A stretch of DNA of 64,000 nucleotides from Ylistrum balloti (Eukaryota), in the NCBI RefSeq assembly GCF_031769215.1, contig NW_026782366.1, positions 1,364,001 through 1,428,000 on the forward strand. Direction: 5' to 3'. The notes under the pieces are model-generated. The model saw nothing but the letters and a program-made list of their open reading frames with translations, was not told the DNA's origin and searched no databases. Within the stretch, counting starts at the first letter, position 1. Every line of letters begins with the position of its first letter. Both the position numbers and the translations under genes were made by a program. Shown here in pieces: positions 39,526 to 57,249 of this stretch.

Positions 39526-42500
39526 ATGCAAGGGCAGGTGCTTTCACACGTATACCACCCAGTCAAAAAATATGTATGGGGCACAAATGGGGTTGTGCTT
39601 TTTATAGAAAGATGTATTAAGAGGAGAAAAGATTACTACGTTCTTACAACACAAGAAACATATTTTCAGTTGTTTTATGTTGAAATTGTTACAATACAAA
39701 TAATGTTTAAATACTTTCTATGACTTTTCACTTGTATTGTGTCTTGACTCCTGAATGTACCCCGTCAGGCCCCCTTTTGGTCCCTATCGATTTTTTTTCA
39801 AATCTTCGCTTTTTGGAATCTCAATTCAACAAAACAAAAACAAAAATGTTTTTCTTGTTTTGAAACAAAATACAAATGGGATAATGATAGTTTCATTGTT
39901 GTGTAATTTTATTCTTGATAAAGATGGATAAAAATATTGATTTTAAAACAGTGTTTGAATTAGTTGAAGTCTTTGCAACATTTATTGTGTGAAATAAAAA
40001 TTCAAAGATTGGTGATTGAATTATCAAGACGTTCCTTCCAAAATTTAGACAGATAGAAAGAGGATGTGTTTGAAAAATGTACCAAATGCATTTTTTATTT
40101 ATTGTTTAACATTAGAATCTGGTATCAAGATGACTTGATCAGTCCTCATTTAGAATACATCACAAAAACATTAAGGAGAATTTTATACACTCCTCTAAAC
40201 GGATATTTTATACCGACAAGTAATAAAGCTTTTATAATAAAAAGTAAATTGGAAAAAAATGGCATTCTTATATTCACAGACAGATATTTATTTTTAAAGC
40301 TTCAATTATCAACACAAAAATATTGTCTGTATGGTTATTAAAAGAAAGAAAAAAATATATAATTTATTGACATAACGATTAGTTCAGGGAAGCAAAATCC
40401 TTTGTAACAGAAATACATTTTGAAGTTCAAATGCATCCAGAATCCAAGGCTGTTCACATCATGTAAAAGCCCATTTGTTGGCCATCAAATGTCATTGCTT
40501 TCCAAAATATCATCCCTGTAAAATAATGGAGCATCTAATAAGTAGGCAATGTACCAACATGAAAAATTATGACCATTGCCATTGATGAAACCATCTATTA
40601 GAAATAATTTTCAGTATCTGTCAGTGTGTATAAATCTTTGCTCATTGTAATGCATGTGCAGTTTGTGCATGCATGTAAATTGCTTTTCCAATATAGATTT
40701 TTTGAAAAAAGTATACTATCATAAGCTTGTTACTCATCTATGTTTATTATTTGTACAAGTTTGGAAATATAGCCATATGATTCAGACAAATTAAGTCACT
40801 CGAGAACAGGTTATAGAACAATTGATATCTTTTTATTTGTTAAGTGATTCTAGTACAGTTATGGTAATGATTAAAAAATGAAATTTGGCATGCTATACAT
40901 ATGACATTTATTTACAGAGTCATAATCCTTCAAACGTATCTAAGACAAACAGACGGCAGGATTGGTGGGCTGTACATAAAAACAAGAGTCGTGAAGAGAA
41001 ACGAGAAGGTAATTACTATGCAATTTTATTATTCATGTATACATACATTCATAAAACCCGCAATAAAAATTGTAATAATTTTTCTGTACACCACGAAATA
41101 ATAACTTTTAGCTTGTTGGATTCAAAGAACTATTCTAGTATATCCTTTGGTCTTTTCCAAATGATACCGACATCTTCAGTTCAAATTCAGCAAAATATTG
41201 TTTATATAATTAACAGTAGTTTTTTTCTTTAATTCAATATTTAACAAAGTTTCTGGCTCTTTCAATGGGGAACTGTCACAACATTGTATTGGAACATTAA
41301 GCAAAAGAATGTTTTTTAATTTATTTCCCAAAATTCTTTATGAACAGATGAGGTACACTTCTGTTTGGAAAAATATGGTTAAAATTTCATTTTGACAAGA
41401 TATAATACAGCATTTGATTGGTCAATGAAAATTTGTGGCAGTATTCTAGGAAAATGCAGTCAACTGATTTCTCAATTGCATCTGATCTTGACTAACACAT
41501 CATAAAAATAGCATCGTGAACAATAGTGTGACCAAAGACGTCACTACTGGCTACACAAATCCTGGGAGTGAAGGTCAAGTGAAGATGAGAATTCTCAGAT
41601 CTAGGCTCGGAATGTCATTGTACAGTATTTTGATAGTATTTCTTCTCAAGCTTTGAAGAGAAATAAGAGTGTGTGTAAAACCTAAAGCATTTATATTTTA
41701 ACCAGCCTTATTAATTGAAACTAATCGTTGATCTGACATGTTCATCAGATGAAGCTCTAGCCAGAGATGTTGAACCCAATAAGTGAATGATAAATGAAGA
41801 GTATTTTGTTTTGCAATGACTTGTGTGTCTTTTGATCTATGAAGTTAAATTATATATCAAAAAGGAAGTGTGGCTCCCGTACTACTGATATTGAGAGACA
41901 TACCACAAATTTTCAATGTTAGGAAATTTCTAAAATATTCTGATTGGGACATGAAAATCATACTAAAGTAGAATATTTTCAAAATGTGTAAATACTAACA
42001 AGGTGCATTTCTTTCGCAGGTTTGAGAAAGTTGATGCCAGAAAATAAGTTTCAAGACAATGTTTCATCCTTAGTGGAACAGAATAACAAAGGTGGCTTCA
42101 AAGCTAGTGTAGCAACAAGGAACGCACTAGCACAGGCAGTAGTGCCAGGGAAGATGAAAGTAGAGATGAAATCACAAACCAAACTTAATTTCAAAACTGT
42201 GAAATCTAACTCAGAAAATTCTAAGAAAAAGAATAACAAGGTGAAGGTCAAAGAAGAGGTGAAAGATGTGTTACCAAATGTACATATAGCTGGTGAACAA
42301 ACATCATCCAAACACATGCCCAAGGCATATGTGCTCTGTGTCGGAAATCTTCCTTTCAACATTTCAAAGGAACAGTTAGAAGAACATTTCAGGAAAACAG
42401 GTAAGATGAGTGATGAAGGAAGTCTATAAAGGTTCTTCATTACAGTTGATAATAACTTCTACAAGTTATCATTCCACTCAGACTCAATGCCTTAATTATG

Positions 42501-44182
42501 TACTATTTTGAATAATGTCATGACAAAGTCTACCAGATTGGAAGATATTGGTTGAAAACAGAGGGAGAGAATCTACAGACAGGAAGAACTGAAAAGAAGA
42601 AAGGACAGTTAACTTAAAAAAAATCAGAATTAATAACACTTGGGAAATGGTGTGATATTATACATACCAAAGTTTTAATGAGATGGGTCAAAAATGAAAT
42701 TAAAGTCTAATTTCACATTAAACAAAAGAAAATTACGAAGTAAATTGGTGAAACTGGAGCTTGTAACAAAGATTAATATCAGTGTCAGTATGTGTGGAAT
42801 GTGTGAGATCAATAAAAAGCAGTGATAATACTGATTGTTTACTATTGTCTTTAAAATGTAGGTGGTGTAAAATTGATCCGGATTCCAAAGGAAAAGGGAA
42901 CAGACAGAGCCAGAGGATTTGCTTATATAGAATTCAAAGACAGAATCAGTCATGGGGTAGGTACATACTTTATGTGTAAGAAATTGGGAAAACGCTTTTG
43001 TGAACTATATGTCACAGAATTTTTCCTCTTTTGTTTCAGGGCTTTAGGGTCAAGGTAAAAGGTCACTGTTACTATTGCTACTATACTTTTTAGCACTTAC
43101 AGTTTCCTTTCTTGAGGGATTTCAAGAAAACTTCACACAATTGACAAATTCGAATTCAAGGTTTAAGGGTCAAGGTCACTGTTACTACTTTTAGAAAGTT
43201 CTTGACTCCGCTTGCGAGCAGCCTTATTTCTTGAGGAATTTTGATAAAAATTCAGGTATTTATGGATGACAGTGATATTCCAGACAAGTGTGAGTTTCAG
43301 GGTTGTTAGGTCAGGGTCAAGGTTACCATGCTATTTTCAGAAAAGCCCTGAAATTCTAGCCGGTGACATTATTTCTTTAGGAGTGTTCAATTAGTTATCA
43401 CTTGCTTTTTTAGAACCATTACATATTTTATATGTAAGATCAGTTAGAATTTCATAATTGTTACATCTAAGTCAAGTTTACTGTAATTATTTTAAACGTT
43501 CTTGTCAGCATTTTTCATTTCTTAAGAGATACTTTGATCAAACTTCATCTTCATATGAAGAACACAAATAACATACAAGTTTGTTTCAAGGTTGTAGTGA
43601 CAAGTTCATCATTACTGTTTAAGTTTTATCAGCACTGTAGTGGCTTCATTTCTGGAGGGAGTTCAGTGAAACTTCACATTCATGTAGAGGATTATCATAT
43701 TAGATGAATTCCTTTGGGTAGTAGGGTTAAGGTGATCATTACTATTTTAAGATAATCTTTGTCCTATAGTGGCTCATCATTCCTAGAGGATTTTAATCAA
43801 ACTTCAGTCAATTGGCTATCATTTTAATTGTATTCAAGTTAAGGTGGAACCATGGACATGAGGGCAGTTGTATTGTTTGTAATGCATTGTTTTAAATTTC
43901 TTACTTGAATTTTATATCCCTTTAAATACAAATGTAATAAATTATGTCAAATTTTTTAGTGTCTATTGAAACTATGATGAATATGGTCTTCAGCTGAATT
44001 TCAGACATTTAAATATGCATTTGCTTTTTCAGATTGCTCTTCGCCTTCATCAAACCACCTTAGCTGGACGTAAAATAAACGTAGAATTCACTTCCATTGG
44101 TGGGAAAAATAAAAAAAGGTTGGATAAGCTCAAGCTTAAAAATCTTTCTAAGGCCAAGTTTAAAATGCCTTTGGAACATTGA
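39526..44182 (+). CDS. Nop6-like single-RRM (putative nucleolar) RNA-binding protein, ~242 aa
   Basis: Exons 40918-41008, 42020-42400, 42862-42956 and 44033-44182 splice in frame. RNP2 LCVGNL, RNP1 RGFAYIEF, then IALRLHQTTLAGRKINVEFTSIGG..RLDKLKLKN. The first exon is uncertain: gccgccATGCAAGGGCAG|gt (39526-39537) or ATG 39192-39212|gtaagt, both phase 0. Confidence 0.85.
43020..43880. mobile_element. HINE-like element with ~150-bp internal repeats in last intron of RRM gene
   Basis: Recurring ttagggtcaaggtcactgttacta...cttgaggaattttgat.aaacttca units at about 43040, 43140, 43310, 43580 and 43720. Confidence 0.7.
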
Positions 44183-44771
44183 CCTTTGTTGTGATGTCAG
44201 CATTATATGTTTTGTGAATGAAAGAATGAACTGGTGTATTTCAAATACACTAAATGATGTTTATATATACATTGTTTAGTTTTTTTTTTTTTTTTTAGTG
44301 AAAATGTACAAGTTGTGAAAAAATAGTTCCCCTTTTAATGAGAGATTCAATTGATGATAAACAACAGGATATGTGTAAGCTGTTTCCTCTTGTTTTTTTT
44401 TTTTTTTTTTTGTCATTTGGTGTTTTTTCTTAATAAAAACGAAGCTGTCTAAGTGTGGTTTGCCAATATTTCAGTGTATGGTAATATTGATAGTCTGCAT
44501 TGTGGATGTTATTTGGGGATTTTTTTAAAAACAGATCTGTTGTTATCTGAGTACTGGACATGTATGTCAATATCTTCATAGTATTTTCAGGTGCCATTTC
44601 CTTAGTTGTAGCAGAAATAATGATATATAAGTAAGATGTTTGTATCATTGCATTCACATTGGAACTTAAACTTTCAAGTTGTTACCTACCAGGAGAATGT
44701 GCAATCTTGTTGCAAGTAAATAGACATAAAATTTAAAGCACATTGTACATACCAAAATTCTTTTATACATT

Positions 44772-45030
44772 TTTGTTTGTTTGCTGGGTTTTTACGCCCC
44801 ATCAACATCCAGAGTCATTTGCGATGGGGTCTCCTTGTAGTGGCTGGTGGATGACTTGCAGAACAACATACTGGAGGTTTGTTGTATGTCATCCAGAGCA
44901 ATTAGCGTAAAGTGTCAATTTCTTAACTGAGAAACACAAAATGTTACTGGTAGGGAGTGTTGAACACTTTCCCTCAGATCTTCACCACAGATTATGTAGA
45001 CCAAAGCTGTGTAATACATTGCCTCACAGG
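44772..45030 (-). mobile_element. SINE copy, same family as 5060-5300
   Basis: On the minus strand: gacactttacgctaattgctctgg core, then tgactctggatgttgatggggcgtaaaaaccc and an (aaac)n tail. Confidence 0.6.
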
Positions 45031-48000
45031 TAAATGTCATCTGGTGACAAAATAACACCTTTTCATCTATAACTGGTTTACATATACATATATGTTGCCT
45101 GATTAATAGGGAGAGTTAGATTGGTGTATACATGTAGGTGTGTAGTTTGTATGTTTTTTTTTATGTATTAATGATTTAATACATTATGTCAATATGTGCA
45201 TTTATCATTTCATACTGCTAAAGATTTAAAAATGTGAAAAATTTCATAGCTTTAAGTTATTTCAGGTTATTTGATATATGTATAAACCTCTTTTCATCCA
45301 TGAAATGGATGTGCAATTACCAAAGGTGATACAGCCTACTCTGACTGCAGCTTAGACAAAATATGGAAAGTTAGAATTTATAACAAAAAAAAAATTGAAA
45401 TCATATTTCACATAAAAATGTTACAGATATACTCTTGGTAGTCCTGGGTTTGGTTACGTTTAGATTCATTCACTGCCATCTGATATTTTTTTTGTTAGCA
45501 TACCCTGGTTTCTCGTATTTCTTGAAAACCTTGAAATATTTTGACAAACCCAATCAACTGGTTCAAATATATTGCTTGCCTTCTCAGATGTATTGTAAAA
45601 ATTGAACACAAATCCTTTTTTTCAGGGGGCAGGGTTTGAAGTTCAAGCTTGCTACAATTCGAATTTTTATATGTGTAATTGAAAGAGAACATTTGTAGTA
45701 CTTGTTTTTAGAGAAAAAAAACACTCACAACATTTGACTTCATTTTTATGCATATATTTGGGCTTATTCATTATCTTCATTAATGAAATGTTAAACATTC
45801 ATCTCTGTTCTTAAAGCTAATGTCATTCTTTGAATTCTTCTATTGAACGTTGCAAAGCAAGGTCGTATAATAGTATTTCTCCAAGTTTGAACAAGAATAT
45901 TGGAATTCACGTTAAATCCTTATAATACAAAATACCTCAACTCCATCTGTGATTTTACTTAAAATTTTAGTATTTATGAGCATAACAAGCTTTGTACATT
46001 AATTTATGTTTATTACATGTATGTATTAAATATAAATGTTTGTTTAGTTAACTGTGAAGATTTCACTTTTTTTTATCAAATCTTGTATCAAACTTTTAGT
46101 TATTATCCAGCTTAAGCTTTTCAAAAATTTGTCTTACTCTTCGAGAAAGTGTATAGTGTTCCTAATTTGGTTAATTCAAATAGTTATTGTAGTTGTTGAA
46201 GAAGTTATCAGAAAAACATTCAACAAACAGATATTAATTTTTGTTAAGTGTGTTAGTTTTATAAGCAGTTCCAGATAAGATGTTAACACAACAGGCATAC
46301 TTTATTTTTTCTTCTTTCATGCTGATGCTTTGTTTCATTTCACATGACTAAGTAATAAAAAGTTATTCAGTTTGTGATGTTGTATATGTTATGTATGTAT
46401 CAATGTCTTGCTTTATACAGAATGTGTTTGTTATCATATCACTTTTAATAAGTAATGTACTTATACATCAGTGGGACATAATTCTTTCATAGTTTAAATA
46501 TCATTTCATTAAGATGGTTTCAGTCTTTCATAATTGGACTGGCCTTTTTATGACCCTAAACAATTGTGAAAGTGCATATTAATATAATTCCTCCTGTCTC
46601 TGACAGTAGTCAGTTTATTTGTTATTTAGCTGTGATGTTACATTTCTTGCAGACCTCAAAAACTCTTATTTGATTTGGTAGAATCAAATTTTAGCAAATT
46701 TTCACCTTTTTGCCAAATTGGCAAAAGGATGAATTTGCACCTGCACAGTTATTGTATATGAAAGCAACTATAGAAACTGCAAGTGGTGCAATCAAAGTTT
46801 AGAGCAATATAATCAGAGCAAAAATTGCTTGATTATCACTAAAATATGTATATTTACAGTGTGCTATAAATCTGTCTAAAGGACTGTCACGATAAAGGCC
46901 ATGTCAACAGTGAACATTATGAAAATATTGTTGTTTGATTTGTCAGGTCTTCATTGACATGATAATCATTGTGACAATCATCAAGAGATTCCATTCTTAC
47001 TTAATTTTGCAATCAATACTAGCAATTCTAATTGATCTCTGCTTTATTATGTTGCTGTGTGATATTTCATCATGATGCTACCATTCTTCAAGGTAGGAAT
47101 TAAAGTTATTATATCACAGTCAATTCATGATCAGTCATTGTAATCACTGACGTTTTGAAACCTTTACTTAAATGATTTTCGGATAGTAGCTTGGCCTTGT
47201 TAAAAAGGTCGAGTTATGATCCAATGTTTACTCATGATCTGTCATATGGTGAAACAGTTGAGTACTGTGTGCAACTATATCAAGTTTTTAATCAATAATA
47301 CTGATACTATTGACGTAAGTCCTTTAGCACTCCTGGTACATTTTAACATTATACTCAATAGCCTTGGTAAAGCACATGAGGAGTGTGTGTTATTTGAAGT
47401 GGATTATAGATTTTAAATACAATACCATTTTCTTCAAATCATTTGCAGTTATTTAAGTTATTGTTTGCTTGGTCAACAATTTTTTTATGTATATGCCATC
47501 AAACTTTTTCAGTGAAATCATACTTGGATATCATCTTTTTGGTGTTAATACCTGTAAGTTTGATTAGACACAGGTGTGCATTAAGATTGGGAAGTCGTCA
47601 GATGGCTTTATTCATGATATTACAGCACAATTAACTGTAAATACATACGTTTGCTTAAGTGCTTTATATAATCTTGGTGCATTATTTATCAATTTTTTTG
47701 TGTGCATAAATTAGCATATGCATAATTCTGGGTAAGATGCTGTTCAAATTTTAGGACTACGAAAAAACATATTCACCTTTTTTCAGGCAAAACAAAAGTC
47801 AATGACTTGCCAATTGTATTAAAAACCCACTGATGTAGAACACATGCTGGGTTTCTTCTTACAACCATGATCTTCATTCTTGGTAGATTTGGGAATCTTG
47901 CACAGTTAGGAAAGTGATAAAGATCAATAGAATACAGCTGACATTTGAAACCACCGTGGAGTGGTAGAGGAATGTATGTATAGCTGTATATGAGACAGAT

Positions 48001-48402
48001 AGGATTGTTTAATCAAACATTCAGCTTTCTTGCCTAAAACATTCATGTTTTATGTCTGTTTTGAGGTCCTTTCTGCTCTGGTTTATCTTATTCATTCATT
48101 TTTTTTTCAAATTTAAGCAAGAATCGCAAGTTTAAATTTTGAACATTAAGCTAGGATCAGTTAATAGTCATTATATGATGTTTGATTACCAACAGATTGC
48201 CTTGGTAACATTTTAATCCACTAATTTCTCTTGCAATAATTTGAATAAAATTACCTGATATAGGACATATTATGTAGAGCTGTACAGATTACCAGTACAT
48301 CTATTTCTGTTTGTTCAAAATTTAAATGTTCTAATCATTTTGAGTTGATCTCTTCACATTGAAGAATAAAACTAAACATTGTATTACTGATGACTTCTGT
48401 GA

Positions 48403-49260
48403 TTTTTAGCCCACGGTCTTCAGATAGTGGGGTATTCAAATCGCCATACATCCGTAAATAATTCTTGCTACAGCCATTTCTTGAGAAAAACTAAAGGATA
48501 TTTATCAAAATTCATATGTAGGGTACCCTTGATCCTTAGTTCTACCCATTTATTTTTGAGACCGATCAAGAAAATGAAATGGCTGACAGGTGACAATCTT
48601 GGATTTAGACAGTTGAAGTTTGTTCAAGCTATTTCTTATGAAGTATATATGAAAAGTTATATTTCTGAAACTTGATGTGTAGGTTATTCCCTCAGATCCT
48701 AGTAATGCCTGGTCAATATGGAGTCAACTGGAAAATAAAATGGCAGACAGCTTAAGTTGTTAACACTACCATGTATTTCTTGAAAAGTTTTGATGGATCA
48801 TTCTCGAATTTCATATATGGTATTTTCTTGGTCCCTAGCTGTCCAGTCTTTTTTGGGACTGATCTAAAGATCGAGATGGCCAGTAGGCAGGTTGTAGGCA
48901 GTATTAGTTTGTTACTGTTATTTCCCACAAAGCAATAATCCCTATTTGAGCCCATTCAATTTTGAGACTGATCATAAAAACAGACAGTTGAAGTTAGCAT
49001 CATTTCTTGTGAATAATGGGAAGGATATTTCTCTAGCTTGTATAGATTCCCCTCAGTCCCTCATTGCATCAGGAAAACAAAATGACTGACATGCAGCACT
49101 CAAATTTTTGACCATCATAGTTTGTTATCACTATTTCTGGAGAAGTACTGGATGGAGCTTTCCCAAAACATGTAGGTTCTTAACAGTCCCTAGTTGTGCC
49201 CATGATATTTTGGAGCTGACCAAAACATTGCTCGACGAGGTCCATCTTGGATGGAGTCAA
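48403..49260 (+). mobile_element. HINE-like element, degenerate
   Basis: Starts tttttagcccac. Recurring ~150-bp unit (tttct..agaa..act..atgga..ttc.c.aaa.ttcatat.tagg..cc.tag..tt..tgagac.gatc..aaaatggc). Confidence 0.6.
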
Positions 49261-50171
49261 AAATTTGCAATTTAATAAAATGATGTAACTAGCCAAACAA
49301 TATACACTCTACTATCATGTGTTCCTAAACCATCACATCTGCAAATTAAATGGTTCCATGATGAATGAATGAGTAATTTGTACATACTTGTAGGGGTTTT
49401 GAGGAAAACAATAACAGCCTTTGATGTTTATGACAAATGCTTCACAGCACAGTGAAACCTCATAATTAAGACCACTTCGTTTCAGTCCCAATAAATTCAT
49501 CTAAATGTCTGTGTATGGTTATCACTATTACATGCAATGAGGATCAATTTTTAAAAGTCCCAAAAACCTGTTTTGCATTGAATTTAACCTCTAAAAACTT
49601 GCAGTGACCTGGTTTGTTTTCTACTGTGTACATCTGTCAAATGTCTGATCACTTGGCTGTAAAACTGGCTATTCAGATATTATTGCTGTGTTTCATGTAA
49701 TAATATTAATATCATAATTTAATGACTGTGAAAATATGGACAAAAAATATCGTAAGGGAAGACTGTCTGCTTGTTCCAGTGCCGAAGATGCTCTTAATAG
49801 AGATGTTTCACTGTATATCAATACATCAAAAATTGCTGCTTAAAGTTTTGATAATTACTAAAACAAATTTGCTAAAAAATTACATTGTGTGCTGGGCTAT
49901 CATGTGAATTCTGAATAGAATTTTGTCTGCTTAAACATAATGGTATAATTTAGTAAAATGTTTCACGCCTGTACAGTTCATCATGACAGTAGTTACCCTA
50001 CTACAAAAAGATCTTGTGCATGTTTAACAGCAAAAAATCAAAGCTGTACCTGTAACATTGTTGAGAACATTAAGCTAACAGCACTATTGGCATAATCAGT
50101 TATTGTCAGGACTTTAGGAACAAATAGAAAAACCAAAAACACACTACATAGTACAATATCAAAGCACATAA

Positions 50172-50685
50172 ATGAAGAAGAGGCCCAAGGTGCCTGCATC
50201 ACTCACCTGGTTATTGACAAATAATATCCTTGAATTGAAGGATTTTAAAGAACTTACACTTCCCCAATTTGGCCCCTTCTCTCCCATTAAAGGGGGCATG
50301 GATGCAATGTTGATACAGAACTGATTTCCCTTCACCCAAGAATAGTTGAGACTAAATTTGGCCAAAATCCAGTCATTCCTAAAGGAGTAGGATTTTAAAG
50401 AATTTGCTCTTTACCCCTTTCTGCCCCTATCCCTCTTGCCTCAGGGGGCTGAGACCCATTCTTTATACATAAATGATTCCCTTACCCTAAACAATGCTTC
50501 AGACCAAATTTGGGCAAAATCCAATCATTCCTATATCAAGAGTAGGATTCTAAATAAATTGCTCTATTTCTTCTATTAAGCTCGCCCTCCCACCCCATTG
50601 TTTATACAAAATTTTCCCCAAAATTGGACAGACGGATGATAGATGCCAGGGTATTCCAATAGCTCACCTGGCCCAAAGGTAGTGG
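50172..50685 (-). mobile_element. HINE-like element (reverse orientation) with two internal ~150-bp units
   Basis: Left end aagaggcccaaggtgcc..ctcacctgg, right end atagctcacctggccc. Internal aaatttgg(c/g)caaaatcca.tcattcct..aggagtaggatt occurs twice. Confidence 0.7.
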
Positions 50686-51286
50686 TATGAATACAAAGCA
50701 TAACACATATATATGTATGATCGTTTAGTCATATTTTAATGAAATGTATGACAATGATATTCCTATATCTCATTTTTTTTTCATAAAATGCAATCCAAAT
50801 GTACAACTTCAATCTTTAAATCATTGCAGAATATTTCAATATGAATTCTACTCTGAATACAATTTTATTTTTCACAACATTAGCACTATTTCTGTTGAAT
50901 TGTAATTGCAGCAACATTATGACAACTTAGAAAAGTCCTTGTTTATGTTTTAACTTGTCACTTGTCAAAAGGATACAATGACACACATTCTGCAAAACTG
51001 AAGACCATTAATAGATATGATATTTCAAATGATCTAGATCTATCACAAATTGTGTCGAGTCTGACCTTGATTTGTTAAGTCGATACATAGTTAGAAGTTA
51101 ACTCATTCCAAAATTTAGTATAGCATTTCAAATGTGGATGGAAAAATACATATTTTCTGATAAAAGTACAAATCTTTATACTTTACATGTAGAGTTTGTC
51201 AGTCAGCATATTCGTAAATACAACGAACAACATGTCAATAAGAAATAGCACAGTAGACGAAGTACCATCCTGAAAATTCAAGTCTA

Positions 51287-57120
<5,834 letters not shown>

Positions 57121-57249
57121 GTTGGATTCGCCGGTGATAGTGAATATGAAGTAACGACAAAAATGATTGGCCAATACAGCCCAGCTTAATGTAGACAACC
57201 AATTAACTATCGTGTAACATATCCTACATATCAGCGGAAACAAGATGGC
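57121..57249. promoter_or_regulatory. Compact bidirectional promoter between PSMA2 and MRPL32
   Basis: Only 124 bp separate the two ATGs. Palindromic ATTGGCCAAT at 57166-57175, a further CCAAT near 57199, and a YY1-type CAAGATGGC over the MRPL32 ATG (57241-57249). CpG is locally retained. Confidence 0.85.

Noticed and set aside
40440-40600. Nested minus-strand terminal exon (GFINGNGHNFSCWYIAYLLDAPLFYRDDILESNDI*)
   Set aside because: No compatible upstream exon and no recognisable homology.
44300-51280. C7orf25 homologue downstream of PSMA2 (as in human)
   Set aside because: I found no exon resembling the family. The interval reads as UTR, intergenic and repeat sequence with only chance-level exon candidates (e.g. 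44591-44630, 47200-47313).
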